Shown in pieces: positions 24,471 to 39,240 of a stretch of DNA of 64,000 nucleotides (position 1 is its first letter; the number at the start of each line of letters is the position of its first letter). This DNA comes from Paraspadella gotoi. Lineage: Eukaryota > Animalia > Chaetognatha. The position numbers were made by a program, and so were the translations under genes. The notes below the pieces were generated by a model that made no database searches, had not been told where the DNA came from, and was given only the letters and a program-made list of their open reading frames with translations. The stretch lies in the NCBI GenBank assembly GCA_051294375.1, contig CM119264.1, positions 27,633,469 through 27,697,468 on the forward strand, read 5' to 3'.

Positions 24471-26820
24471 ATGAGAAGGAATTTACAATAAATCACTATC
24501 TGTTGACCAGGAGAAAATTTCGGCACAAAAGTAACAAATTAAAAAATGTTAAAGAGAAGAAATATTTTTCAGAAGTCGCGGATATTAATAAAATAAATTA
24601 AATGGGATAAGATCAGTACGTATTATAAGTTGTGAATTGGTAACTAGGAGGGTTTCAACGTTTTATCTCAACTCGTTTATGAAATGTCTTGGCCAATGAC
24701 CAAGCCAAACCATGTTACATGAGAGCGGTCGCTGACATCGGAGAGAGTTAACGCCAATTTAAAAAAAAAAATATTCAAACATAGAGATCGCCCGTTGAAG
24801 TTTGTGAAAATGTGAGAAAGAATCGGAAAATGTTCAACTTAAACTTTCTATGAAACTTCTATTAAACTATTAACTATTAAAATATTAAACTTCTATTAAA
24901 CCTTCTATTAAACTTCACTGTTTTCATCGTCTTCATCCTAATCTAAAATGAACGATATCTCAACATCACATCCAATATTTGAACCGATTTCCTTCTGATT
25001 ACGATCTCAACCACAACAACAACACAACAACACGAAACGACAACTCTCACGACAACAACCAAGGAAAATTTCTCTGCCTCNNNNNNNNNNNNNNNNNNNN
25101 NNNNNNNNNNNNNNNNNNNNNNNNNNNNNNNNNNNNNNNNNNNNNNNNNNNNNNNNNNNNNNNNNNNNNNNNNNNNNNNNNNNNNNNNNNNNNNNNNNNN
25201 NNNNNNNNNNNNNNNNNNNNNNNNNNNNNNNNNNNNNNNNNNNNNNNNNNNNNNNNNNNNNNNNNNNNNNNNNNNNNNNNNNNNNNNNNNNNNNNNNNNN
25301 NNNNNNNNNNNNNNNNNNNNNNNNNNNNNNNNNNNNNNNNNNNNNNNNNNNNNNNNNNNNNNNNNNNNNNNNNNNNNNNNNNNNNNNNNNNNNNNNNNNN
25401 NNNNNNNNNNNNNNNNNNNNNNNAGGGGGAACAAAGAAAGAAAGGAATGGAAAAGAAATTAGATGAAAGAAAGAAAACAGTATTGACTGTTGTGCACAAT
25501 AAAGAAAATGGGAGTCTAATCGGTCGGGAATAAACGTAAGGGAAAGAGAGAGAGAGGAAGAAAAAGAGAGAGAGGAAGAGAAAGGAGGAGGATGAGGAAG
25601 AGGAGGAAGAATAGGAGGAGAGGGAGGAAATGAAAGTCATTCATGCATGAGGAATGAAGACACACGAGAAAATGGCGACCGAATACAGAAAAAAAAAACT
25701 GCTCTCGGGATTCATATTCACCGACGATTCTCAGTTTTGGAGGAGGAAAGGGAGGATGAGGAGGAAGGGGAGGAAGAAGAAAAGAAGGAGAAAATGGAGG
25801 AAAGAGAGGAAGAGGAAGGGGAGAAAGAAGAAAAGAAGGAGAAAATGGAGGAAAGAGAGGAAGAGGAAGGAGAGGAGGAGGAAGGGGAGGAAGAAGAAAA
25901 GAAGGAGAAAAGGGAGGAAAGAGAGGAAGAGGAAGAAGAGAAGAAGGAGTAAAGAAGATAGAAGAGCTTGAAAGATAGGAAGGAGATGATGAAGTCATAA
26001 ATAATAAGACGAAGAGTTGGGATTAGAATAAAAAGAGGGAAAAAGAGAAAAGGATGAAAAGAAAGAGAAGATATGAGAAGAAAATAGAAAAAAAAAGAAG
26101 AGGAAAAGAGAAAAGGATGAAAAGAAAGAGAAGACATGAGAAAAAAATAGAAAAAGAAAAGAAGAAAAAAGTGAAAAGGATGAAAAGAAAAAGAAGACAT
26201 GAGAAGAAAATAGAAAAAGAAAAGATGATTTAGATAAAAAGTTATAATCCACTCAAATGACTAAAGACCAAAGACAAAAGAAACAATAGCTTTAAATTTT
26301 GTAAAATATTTTTGTACAAGGATGAAATCTTAAAAGACAAACATAATATGACGATAATGTGTGATTTTTTTCAAAGGTCGACAAAAAGAATATAGTGGAG
26401 TTTCCCGCCATTTATCTACACAGTTGTTATGCCGCCACTTTAATCATACAGCACATTACCGCCCAGCACTTTCCTTTGCCAGCACCTTCCCGATCCAGCA
26501 CTTTCCCACGCCGGAATTTTATCGTGCCAGCACCTTCACGATCCAACACTCAGTTTTCTCACCGAAACGATACCCATCGACGACAGCGCCTCTTCTTTGT
26601 TCCAACGACGCGGGCGACGTTCATCCCCACCGATCGATTTGTGGCCTCTTTTGTGGACTCCATCTGTGGTGCTGAATATGAACGGTTGCGCGGAACAGAT
26701 AGAAAAAAAAAAAGAGAAAAGATTAAAACGTGAAAAGAGAAAATCAAGTCTCTCGTTCACTCGTGACTGATGCCCTTTTCTAAAGCGACACCTGTTTGAG
26801 TTGGGAGAGAGAGGAGGCTC

Positions 26821-26906
<86 letters not shown>

Positions 26907-27030
26907 TCTTCTCTTTCTTGCTCGCTCTCTCTCCTCTCTCTCTTTTCTTCTCTTTCTTTCTCTCTTTCTTTTCTTCTCTCTCTTTTCTCTTCTTTCTTTT
27001 CTTCTCTCTTCTTCTCTCTCTCTCTCTCTC

Positions 27031-27099
<69 letters not shown>

Positions 27100-27616
27100 G
27101 ACTTTCCAACTCTATCTCCAAATATAGCGATAAATTTTCTTTTTTATATATAAAGAGGTTGAGACTCGGGAAAGAAAAAAAAAGAATGATAAATTTATCA
27201 CAAAAAATCTGAAATTTTTGGATAAAAAGTTTTTTATATACTCTATACCATATCAGACGTTCTTTAATAATATAGGCACTTAACTTACTCCTTTTCTTAG
27301 TTTCTTTCTATGTTCCATTATTCGTTATATTTAAATATTTATTAATATGGCAAAAACCAGTATTCGAAATTCTTTTTTTTTTTCGATCGTTTCATAAAAC
27401 TCAAGCAGTCCATTCACCCGAAGGAGAAAAGGAGGAAAGCAGGTGGAACCGGGAGACAAGAGGATTTCTCAGAAATGCCATCCTCGGAAAAGCGACTCGA
27501 TGGAAGGACGACGACGACGACGACGAATGTCAACAAACTAGACAACATCAACAACCATGTGATGAACCGCGCGACATAAAATTCCCCGTGACATAAAAAT
27601 TCGGCAACCAAAAACA

Positions 27617-27654
<38 letters not shown>

Positions 27655-28988
27655 GAATTCATGGTTCGTTGCTCACTTGCCTTCCTATAATTTCTCTTCT
27701 TTTCAAATTCTTCCAATTTTATGGCTGGCTCGAGGTTCCTTCCCTTCCTTCTTTTTATATACATGTCTCCTTTTTTTTTTTCGCTTTCGAAAAAAAGTTT
27801 ATTCAAGGTTTTCCCGCCCCCTTGCGGCCGTGTTTTGACGCGTCAGTGTTTTATCTCAGTTTCAGCCTTTAAATGACGTTTCTTGCGGCGGCGGCGACGG
27901 CGGCAGCGGCGGGGGCGGCAGCGGCGACGGTTGTGAGAGGAACGGCGGTGGGAGAGAGAATGGAATGGAAAAAAAGCGATTGAGAAAAGGGGAAAAATTG
28001 AAACAATGTGAGTCGTAATTTTCGGAAACGTACGTTTGCTCACTTGTTTAAACTTTAAAGGATACCGGTTTGAAGGCTGTTCGTTCGTCTATTAATTTTT
28101 GCAAATGTGAACAACGATTTTCTCGTGAAACTTAAATTAAAAAAAAGAAAATGAACATCACACGAAAAAGAAAAGGAAAAAAAAGAAAGAAAAAAGGTCG
28201 TAATTTCGAAGCAACAAAAAAGAGAGAAAAAAAAATGAGAAAACTCTTTTGCATTTTCAATTTATGTCAATTAGCATAACGATTATTTCGTCTTCTGACG
28301 GCGAGAAGTAAGTGTGGAGACGGAAAATTAAGTCGACGACGACGACGACGACGACGACGACGCCGTTCCTTCCTTTCACCGGACGTGAAAAGTCAATCGT
28401 CTCGATATATTACCGCAAATACGAAATAATGTGAAATAACTTGTTATTTCATGCTCGCGATATCTAGCATTCCAATGTCGTCAGTTCCCTTGAAAGTATG
28501 TCGTAGGTTTATGTGAATATTTTTCGCTGAATATCGAATAAAATGATGAATACTTTGAAGCCATGAAGGTTTTAAAAGTTTTATTGTACACCAAATATCC
28601 ATTAAAAAAAATTCTGTAAAACTATAGTTGGGGAGGGGCAATGCAACTTAGAGATTGTCATTAAACGAACTAAATATTCAACTCAAGTCTCGCCAAATTA
28701 CGACTCATGGACTGAAAAGATCGATAAAGTAAGCAGAAAAGGTATTGACCGGCTGAGAAAAGAAAAAAGACAAAAACGAGTGAGGCGAGGCATAATATTT
28801 TACACTCGATCCTCACCTTTGAAGTAAACCGAATCGAAAACGTAACTTACTCCAGTTAAGCATCGGAGTGAGAAAATGGTAAGGATAGAATATACGATAA
28901 AATGTTTAAAAAGAAAGTTAACGACTGCAATAAATCGCTTTTGATTCTAGATTCAACATGTTTGAAATAGGTCTCTCTGTCTGTCTGT

Positions 28989-29047
<59 letters not shown>

Positions 29048-29314
29048 CAGCTCGGTCCATGGGCAGGATTTTTTTTTCGAGACATTTGGCTCCGTCTCCG
29101 ACGTGGGCACCAAATGCTCTATGAGCTCCACTGCTTTGCTCCGTCGACGTCACTGGATTGCTCCATCCGCGCATTAGGCCACGTTTGATTCTCATTGAGA
29201 TTTACCTAACGCCAGCCTCTTTGAAAGCATCGACTCCTGAAGTCAGCCTCTTCAGAAGCCTCAACATTCAGATGATTTGGGAGAATGACATGGTTGTGAT
29301 AGAATGTGAACGGA

Positions 29315-29600
29315 TAGGAGAAAGGATGGGTGTTGATAGGAGAATGGATGGGTGTTGATAGAGAATGCATGGGTTTGATATGAGAATGGATTGGTGTTAA
29401 TAGGAGAATGGAGGGGTGTTGATAGGAGAATGGATTGGTGTTGATAGGAGAATGGAGGGGTGTTGATAGGAGAATGGATGGTGTTGATAGGAGAATGAAT
29501 GGGTTGAAGGAGAATGGAGGGGTGTTGATATGAGAATGGATTGGTGTTGATAGGAGAATGGAGGGTGTGTTTGATAGGAGAATGGATGGGTGTTGATATT
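29315..29600. repeat. ~22-bp minisatellite (GATAGGAGAATGGATGGGTGTT)
   Basis: About 12 degenerate copies. Confidence 0.9.
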
Positions 29601-30671
29601 CAGTAACAGTGTCAGAAGATGAAGGGTTGAATCTGTGTGAAGTTTTTTTTTTTCAAAAGTGAGATGTGATGCTTTATAGTCAAGTCTTTGGTGATGATAT
29701 TATATGATGACCCAGAATTCCGCTCAGGATTGGTGCCAGGCATTGGCCCAAAGGATGGGCACCCAACGCCAAGGATTTTCGCCCAAGATCGGCGCCCAGG
29801 ATTGGCGCCAACTCGGTCGCAGTTGGAATCGCCGGAAGGATAAAAACATTTCCATCGCATCTTCTTTTCTCCTTTTTTTTCGCCTCGCGGGCATAAGAAC
29901 ATTTAAAACATTATCTAAGCCTAATGGGCGGAAATGGCGTTGAGAGAAGGAAAAAGAGGGAGGGCGTGGAGATGGGGTGGAGGTCGGGGCGATTGCGGGG
30001 GGAACCCAGCTGTGAACCGGAATCACGTTTATTTATTTATTTTTGTTTGTTTGTTCAGTTTAAATATTTTTCAGTCTCACGTTCACGTTCAGTCGTTATT
30101 ATTATTATTTTGTTGTTATCAACGAAGGAAGTAGGCGTAGTTTATTTATTTATTTATTTATTTATTTATTTGCACAAAGTCAATTCAAGTCATTCGAACT
30201 GACCTGTAATCTTTTATTGACCAAATTTTTCATTCTTATTTCCTCGTTTCTTTTCGTTCATTCATCCATTCATTGGAAATTCACTTATTCATTACGGCCT
30301 TTCTCTATCGTTTCTTTTCTCAGCCAGGACCGAGAGGGCAAAGATGCGGCGACAAGTAAAAAATGATTCATGAATAACTTGAAAAATATTGTATTTTTAT
30401 TCCAAAATAATTATCTATAAGGCAAGCAGAAAAAAAAGTTAAATGTACTTTAGAATTATAAAACTTTGCCGTGAATAATGTATTTTTAATCATTATCAGC
30501 AAGAATAAAACAACTAATAAAAAAGCGTCTTATAGAGATGCGTGCCATCTAAAAAAAAGAGCTTCCGAAGCGAAAGTGGCGCTCGAAACAAGAAAAAAAA
30601 GCGGAGAGGCATCAGACGCAGAGACAAGTTAAATCTAGCAGAAATGATAAATCAAAAGAGAAACAGGAAAG

Positions 30672-30711
<40 letters not shown>

Positions 30712-31612
30712 CAAAGTGATCGTCGTTGTCGATGCTTTATGGTCCGTTTGCAGGATAGAGCGCCAGCGCGTCGAGCCGGATCACTTTAGTATCGAAGTGT
30801 GCGAGACTAATTTTTTATGTTGCTGTTACTTGATGCAGGGATACAGCGATGACGCGGCATCCTTGGACGAATATTTTAGTGTACTGACTGCCAATTTTGT
30901 CTTGATGTCTTGAGTGTCAACAGTGTCGTCTTCGTTGAAGTCATCACGGTCTATTTGTCAGGTTTGAAAACGACATCTCGACGACAACGAATTATAACCT
31001 TGATAAACCTAAGTTCAGTCCGCAGGTGCGAATTCGTTTGACTTATATATTTTATTTGATTGTTGCTGGAAAATAAAAATTTTAACCTATATTTTTTTAA
31101 ATTTCACATTTTACCTACATTTTTAACCTGCATTTTAAAAATGAAAAGTATGAGTCCAAAATATCGCACCAACCTCTTATAAATTTACTAATTTTCATCT
31201 AATTCATTAATTATTATTATATATAAATTTATTATTATTTTTATATAAACGCCCATTTTAATGTAGAGAAATTATTTGAGTCGCCAATTGTACTCGTGAA
31301 TCAAATTCTATGACTTCGGTGCGACGAAAAAAATTAATACTGACCCATTTTAAACATTATATGGAGGGCAGGTAAATGCCGCGCAACAACTCGGAAATGC
31401 CCTTCCTCGTTTATCAATTTCATGTTTTAAATAAATTAAGATTTAAGTTAAACCTTTCTTGAGAAAATGTTTTGGGGCAATGGGAATTATAGAGTCGTCA
31501 ACATCTCACCGCGATGAAAGACTTGTCCTTTATATCTGCCATATCTCGAGAAATTTCCGCTCAGAAATCAATTCATTATTAATTTCTGCGCTCGATTTTT
31601 TTTTCGAGTTGA

Positions 31613-31737
31613 ATGATGCGAATTTCCGGTATTTTGGCGTCTCTGTTGGTCTCAATAGGGCTTCAAGTCTTGGACTTTGCATCTGACGTGAAAGTCTCAT
31701 TCGATTTAATCACCTCGTCGAGTAGCGACTATTTCAG
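31613..31737 (+). CDS. First coding exon of an XK-related membrane protein (MMRISGILASLLVSIGLQVLDFASDVKVSFDLITSSSSDYF-R)
   Basis: ATG directly after an in-frame TGA; hydrophobic helix ending in D-x-x-x-D (DFASD), as in TM1 of XK/CED-8 proteins. Ends TTC AG|GTtaaa (phase 2), matching the phase-2 acceptor at 32214. Confidence 0.65.
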
Positions 31738-32213
31738 GTTAAATATTGAAATCGTACAATTTTCATGTTAAGAAACAAATTTTATATTGCAAGGAGTCGT
31801 TTTAACTGGCAAAATAATATTTTTACTTGTGATGTTTTGACTTTTGATATCATTTAAGTAAGTAGACAGAGATTTCAACATGAAACCAAAGTGGATCCGA
31901 TTCCATTTTTGGTTCCAATTCCATCTGCGATGATATAAAGTTTGGAATTTAAAATCATATTTCATAAAGAAAAATCCCTTTTCACAAGTGTTTAGTCGGG
32001 AATTTTTTCAAATGGATTTTAAAGTCTACATAAAAGCAATAACTTTTTTAAGTAAATATAAATATGTTATTTTTTACATCAAGAAACAATATTGACTTTG
32101 AGCCTTGCATATAAATTTATTTCTCAAATATGCTCAGAAATCATGTATATTTATTTTACTAGAGTAAATTTTTGTATTTTTTATGATTTTTTCCCCCCGA
32201 TTTTTTTAATCAG

Positions 32214-34606
32214 AAAAATTGGATTGGCGATCGTGGTCGTCCTAATCTTTCACTGCCTTTTCTCTGCTTTTCATGGACTCTCGTGCGTTTGGAATTTCAA
32301 AGAGAATTTTCCTCGCCTCACGAAGAATCGTCACCGTGTTGCCATGACGATTTTTATGCACGCCGTTGGTCTCGGTTCCATCGTCGTAGCGGTTGACTCT
32401 TTCTTAGACGATGAAAAAGAATATTCATCCGGACAATCGGGTTCCCGTGCAGAAACTGTAATGCCGAATCGGAATAGATCAGAAAAAGTCAAGGAGAAGA
32501 AAAAGATGAAGGAAGAATTTTTATTTCGACTCAATTTGATTCAAGTTTTGCTCGAGTCTTTTCCTCAATTGTTGATTCAAACTCCGGCCTCGGTTTTGTC
32601 TTGGACGAGCGAAACGGACCAAATTTGTTTGACGATCTTCGACATTGCCTTTCGCCCTTCCACGGAATTTAGGGGATTTCGGTTTAAATTTCAAACGAAT
32701 GGAACCTTGGCTAATACGTACAAAAATTGTACTTGTCCTTATTCTTTTGATTATGAACGATCTTGTTACTGGCCCATAGAAAACTATATGAATTTAATAT
32801 CAATGGTCATGTCCAGTGTGAGCCTTATCAAGGCCGCCATTGATTTTCGGAATAGGGATATGAACTTCGGTCACAGACATTTATCGCCCATTAAACGAAA
32901 ATGTTTTGCCTGGATAATTAAGATCAGCCAGGTTTGGGGTTTGTTGCATGGCATTATTAGAGTCACGACATGCTTTCTTTTAATTTACACCATTGCTACT
33001 AACTTTTTTGTTTGGTTCATTTTTTTAACTCCCGTAGTTTTTTTTTCCGTTTTTACTTGGACCGAATTTAAAGAAATACTTTGTACAATTACCAGATCGA
33101 GAAAAAAATTAAAAAAAAAAACAAAGACGCAACAACCAAACATCATCGTTTAATATTCAATTAATTTTGCAAAATTTTTTTTGTTTATGGATTTTCTCTG
33201 TGTTTTTTAACCTCAAAAAGTTTTATTACTTGAATCAGCAGTTAACCTTCAATGATAAACCGGCTTTTATTACGATCAATAATCACAAATCACCTACACT
33301 TAATTTGTATGTCGCTCCAGATTTTAAAGTAATAAGGTCTAAACATGAAAATCTCAGCGTGAGTGAGAGAAATCAAATTTATCCAAATCACAGGATGGAA
33401 TTTGATTATTTCTTTGATTTTAGATATATAGTATGTTTTTCAACTAGTGGTTTTATGGGTACCAAATGGAAACAGTTTAAATATCTGGATCACCAAATTA
33501 ACAGAGATTGTACCAAACTTAAAGGAGTTGAATATTTTGAAAAAAAGAAATTTCGTCTTGGAAATTATGCTTTTTTAAATTGTAATTTAATATATTACTT
33601 TATATTATTGCTCACAGATCTCATAATGGGCACTCTCAACATATGCGTCATGCAAATCATGAATAAAATTTTTAAAAAATGGTTGTTGGGAGTTTTTTCT
33701 CTCTCATTTTCAGCACTCCTGTTGTACAATAACATGTATCACTCCCTTCGCCACGTTAATTTGATTTCCCTCTTATTCAACGGTAACAAAAATGATGATT
33801 TTATCTACAGAGGTGAAAGAGAGTTTGAGGTTACCTTGATACCTGACGTCACTTTTAATAAATTGGTAAAATCTAAATTAACCAGTTCACAATGGAAGAT
33901 CTATCATAACAGATTATTCATTGCAAATCTTACTTACGTCTTTCCCAGTATGTTAACGCTATTAGCTTTAAGAAATATCCTTAAAAGTACTTTCAAAGGA
34001 AAAGGCAAATTTTTGTGTGGAATTGTGTTTATTTCACTGCCAGGTGTTCTAATTATTTTTCTGAGGCAGATTCAAAACCTTAAAAAAAATTTTTGTAACA
34101 AGCGTGAATTTCAATACGGTACCTACAATAGAATGTTTTTCTTTGTTTTCATTGAAGAAAACATGTACGCATTCACCGGATTGGCAATTTTGCCATTAAC
34201 TTTTTTGAATTCTTACGTGATTAGAAAAATCACGCATTTTAAGCTTGCTGTTTTGAAAGTCGGGCTTGCATTATTAATCAGTTCTGCTGTTTACTTGATA
34301 TTCGAAAGAATTGTTTCATTTACTGGCTTTTCAAATAGTCAAAATACTAATCAACTAGTCATGACTAGGATAAATCTTGATAGAAATATACAGATTTATG
34401 CAATGAGTTTAAAACATGAATTTTATGCCCCGATCTATGATTTGTTTTTATTTATTGATAAATGCAATGACTTTTACGAGATTGTTCTTTACGTCTTGCA
34501 TGAACATTTTAAAAAACTTCCCAACCTTCAGTTATTTTTGTATTCTTTTTTGCCCGTTCTCTTACTGATAACAAACTACTTTGCTGTCGTGATAAATGAT
34601 TATTAA
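32214..34606 (+). CDS. Large exon of an XK-related (scramblase-family-like) multi-pass membrane protein; apparent one-base frameshift in the A11 run at 33111-33121
   Basis: Acceptor tttttttaatcAG|A AAA ATT. Contains LIQVLLESFPQLLIQ (XK signature ES-x-PQL-x-x-Q) and ISMVMSSVSLIK (XK-like helix). Track ORFs 32092-33153 and 33167-34606 differ by one frame; removing one A gives ...LKKKQRRNNQTSSFNIQLILQNFFCLW... with no stop. Non-repetitive sequence with many hydrophobic segments. Confidence 0.75.
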
Positions 34607-35590
34607 TGCATAAGGCGGATTTATGATCTATATTTTTTTGAAATACGTATTCTTTTAGGTACCTTTCCCATTTTTCGTGTGCCCTCAATAGTTTTCTTTG
34701 ATTTCAAACTCCGATCGATCACCATCTTTTTTTTTCTTTTTATTTATGGTCAACTGGGATGAGGGAAAAGCTTCAAGTTAAAGCTCTTGATTTTTAGATT
34801 ATGATAGACACATAGACATTGAAATTGAGAATATTTTTATAAAATTACTAATATATAAATATGAAAAAATATGCTTTGATCGGATTTTGCTACATCAGTG
34901 TCCTACGGGTACATAGGTTTTTTTGTTCCCTTCATGCGTCCCATGCAAAATTGATTCAAACTTTTTTAATTTTAAGTTATTAAACACAGCGAGGCAAAAC
35001 TATTTTGTTTAAAATATAGTATTAGTTTGAAGGTGCTTAGACCTAAGCTAAACCTTGACTAAATCTTGACTTTTAGTTTGTTAATTTTAAAATTAACGTG
35101 TTTGTGTCGTTTCAACAGGTGTCTGAATTCTATTAATTAATATTCACTAATCTAGTAAAGGCATGAAGAAATATTTACAAAAATTCATGTATATCTATTT
35201 AGCTATTAGTAGACTTATTGCTATTTTGATGCTTAGATTGGTAAATGACAATTCAGAAGATGAGAGAGAGAGAGAGAGTGAGTGAGAGAGGGAGATAGAG
35301 AGATAAGAAGATGACGTGACTTGACAAAGAATGACACAAACAAGTAAATACAAATTCCCTTAAATTGTACTGATTCTGCAGTCGAAATGACTTTTCGACA
35401 GTCAACAATTCGCCATACAAAAATGTCAGTGACTGACGGTTGAAAATTGGTGGAAGAATTTGTAAATGAGATTTTCTTCCTTCAAAAAGACAATATGAAT
35501 ATCAAAAGGTGACTTTGAGCGACGAGAAGGGAAAAAAGGAGAAAGGGAAAAATAGTTGATCGATCAGCTGATAAATCGAGTGGAAGGAAA

Positions 35591-35642
<52 letters not shown>

Positions 35643-36790
35643 ACGTGTGAAAATGACGTTGGGAGGAAAATGAAGTTTTCTCATCATTTTTTTCTACACA
35701 TTTTCAAAGTTTTTTTTAAGTGACGTGGTAGCTACAAAGAGAGAGACAGAGAGAGATATAGACAGAAAGAGAGAGAGAGAGAGAGAGTCAGATATATATA
35801 TAAATATATATATATATTTTGTTTTTTATATTTCATTTATTATGTTCATAATGCGATTTAAAAAACACAATTACAATTAAGAAAATATTATTGTTAACGA
35901 GCTGTACAAAGGTGATATACATAAAAAGCTAATTAGATGTATTTGATTTTGATTTGATTTATTATGCTCAAAATTTGAAAATTTAACACAGTAACAATGC
36001 AATTGTTAATGAGCTGTACATATATATATGTATGTACACATTATTTAAAGAAATGTAAATAAATTAGCAAAAAAATTACAAAGTGGACTAACTATATACA
36101 TAGTTTATAATTTTTATTTACTACGACTTATCGAAGCTTTTCGAGGAGAGAGAGAGAGAGAGAGATCTAACATAACTCGGTGCATTTTAGGATCATTTTT
36201 TGTTTTAAAGTTTTAAAATTAACCTGGACTTTTGAACTAAAGTAAAGAAAAAAAATTAGTGTCTGAGAGAAACGGAACTGCTTGCAAAGGGATCCGAGAA
36301 GAAGCTCAGTTATGGGTTTTCTATGGGGCAAAAGCTTGGATAAGTTTAACGACCAAGAGTCATAGCAAAGGGCGAACAAATGGAGTAATATAGACAGTTA
36401 ATGATGGAAGCGCGCGTCGTTTAAAGAGGCGACTCAGACGAGACGATAGAGGCGCTGTCTTTCACTTCCTTATTTGGATTGAATCCTTTTTTAAAACAAA
36501 AGTCTTTCGCGAAATAAGTTCAGTTGGAATCGTCTTAAAACATAAATAATATCAAATTATGCATATTAAAAAATATTTAAAAAATTTTAGTTAAATATGG
36601 TTTAAATGATTTTAATATTTCTCTGAAGGAGAAAGATTTAAGGATTTTTTAAAAAACATTACATAACATTGCTCAGTCAGTTGTTTAAGTTCGCCCATGA
36701 GAAAAAAGAATCACAAGATTTTGTGTTCATTTGGTTCTCTCTCTCTCTCGTCTCTCTTCGTCAGGTCTGTCTCCCCAGAACAGTGTCTCT

Positions 36791-36838
<48 letters not shown>

Positions 36839-37209
36839 GCTCTCTCGTCTCTTCCCTTCTCTTTGACTCTGCCCGCGACTGAGGTCTCCTGGATTCGGTT
36901 TCTCTAATTTCCCTTTTAATCTTTTCTTCTTCCTTCCCTCCTTTCCCCTCCTCCTCTCCTCTCCTCCTCCTCCTCCTCCTCCTGATTCCATCGTCTTTCA
37001 ATTTTTTCTCATTGACCGAAGTCACGTTCAGCGGAAGCAGATGCCGCGGGTTGACGAGGTGACCTGGTCTAGGGTGGCGCTGGGAGATGCCGGTTGGCAT
37101 TTGGGAGATGCAGGTTTGCGCGAAGGTTTTTTTAAAGGGTTGACGCAAAAAAAAAAAAAGAATTCTGCGCGGGAAATGTCGTTAGGAAAATGGAGAGAGA
37201 GAGAGAGAT

Positions 37210-37270
<61 letters not shown>

Positions 37271-39194
37271 TGAGGTGTCTCTCCGTCGCTTGGTGGTCTG
37301 AGATTGAATTAGAAAGATAAGGTTTCGTTCGGGTTTTTAGTGGGAAAAAGGCGATGACCGATGTGAACTTTTGGTGAAGGGAAGTCTGGATGAAGTGAAG
37401 AGTATGGAGAGCGTGAGAGAGGGTGGAGATTGAGAGAGAGTGGAAAAGTGTGGGAGAAAGAGAGAGAAGATGAACAGGAGTATCTGAATAAAAAGCAAGA
37501 CTGTGAGAGAGTCTTGATTGGAAGCTTGCAGGGACCTGCTATGTTATATCTTTTAAGTGTGTGGAGGCCTTGAAACCGAACCCACCAAAGCCTGTCAAAG
37601 TAAGAAACAAAATAGCTTATTTATTAATAAATGGGATAATTTTTATATTGATTGTACCAATTTATTATGATTGGCAAAAGGAAGAGAAAAATAAAAAGCT
37701 CCAAGTTAGTAAGAAACGAGGATGCATGTCATGGTACCTTAAGGATGGCACAATTGTCCAATACTTGGAGACCAGTCTCATCATTGATTCTCCTTATTTT
37801 CTTATTCTCTTTGATTTCTCCTTATTCTCCTGATTCACCTGATTCTCTTGATTCTCCCAAAGATGTCACCCCGCTTGGATGGCTCCTTTTCCCCAAAGAG
37901 GACGACGGAGACGACGACGAGCGACACGAAATTTAATCTGCCTTCGCTTTTGCTTCGTTCGTTTGGAAGCAGCGCGATGGCCAGAAAATTTGGCCGGAAG
38001 ATTTGGACGGAAAATAGGATTTTGCCGGAAGATTTAAAAAAAAAAGATTTGGCCGGAAGATTTAAAAAAAGGAGAGGATTTTTAAGAAATATGGATTTGA
38101 CGCGGATTCACCTAAAAGAAAAAAAAATTTGGCCGGAAAATTTTAAAAAAATGGTGTCGACCTGTATTGAAGTTATAATTAAATTATTATGTCATGGCAA
38201 TCGTGATTTGCCTAGAAAAGAGAATTAGTTATCAGGATTTCATTAAGCCGCAAATAGAACTGTGGTTAAAAGGATTTTTCACACGCACGAAATGCAGGAT
38301 ACCATGTCCAATAACGACGACGACGACGACGACGACGACGACTGAAGCGAAGATCATCACAACTAGCTTAAGTGACGATGATAATGATTAACGGATATAA
38401 GAAAGCTGATTTAATAAAAATCACCGAAATAGTGGATACCATTTATATAAATACACTCCTGTGTAAAAAAAAACGTGCCACTTTATACCTTACTTTATAC
38501 CTAAATTCCAGACACTGTATAACAAATTCTTAAAAATTAAAAATATTGTTTTTAATCACAAAATTTTATGAATTACGTTTTTTTTTTAGAATGACAAAAG
38601 TTTAATTATATCATTTTATTATTTTTTAGCTGACAATATGAATAACTTTTCTATAAAATTTAATACAATCGACTGACTGACTGACCAAACAAAGAATCCT
38701 ATTGAGTCATCGTCGGCAATTGACTGAACAGAAAGCGGCTTTTTTTTCCGAGAGTGCCCCATTTCTGTTAGTTTATCCAAAAATTTAATTATAACTTTAA
38801 TATTAAATAAAATATATTTTGAAATTTATAAACCGATCTCTAACCCTAATTCCAAACCAGTCCATCAATTGATCTCACCTTACCTAATCTTATTGTAACC
38901 TTAACCTTTAAAATTAATCAAAAAATATTTTATTCTCAATTTAGATAAATGGGAAGTTCAGGGAAATAAGCCCAAAGGGCATTTGGAGGTCGGTCCACTT
39001 TTTCCTTTCAGTTCGGAAGGTAAGAAATGGGGTGGAAAACGGAAAGCGATAGAAATTTGAGACGAAGAGAATAAAAAAGAGAAAGAGAGGGAGAGACGGG
39101 GAAGAGAGAGAGAGAGAGAGAGGAGAGAGGAGAGAGAGAAAAAGAGAAAAAAAAAGAAAGAAAAGAAAGAAAATCAGGAGAAGAAGAGAGGGAA

Positions 39195-39240
<46 letters not shown>

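Noticed and set aside
29315-29600. Possible CRISPR-like array (also 54550-54995)
   Set aside because: Head-to-tail degenerate units with no unique spacers, no cas genes, eukaryotic context.
32092-32213. TTG start of the 353-aa track ORF
   Set aside because: It lies in AT-rich intron sequence upstream of a strong acceptor; the 31613-31737 exon supplies a better N-terminus.
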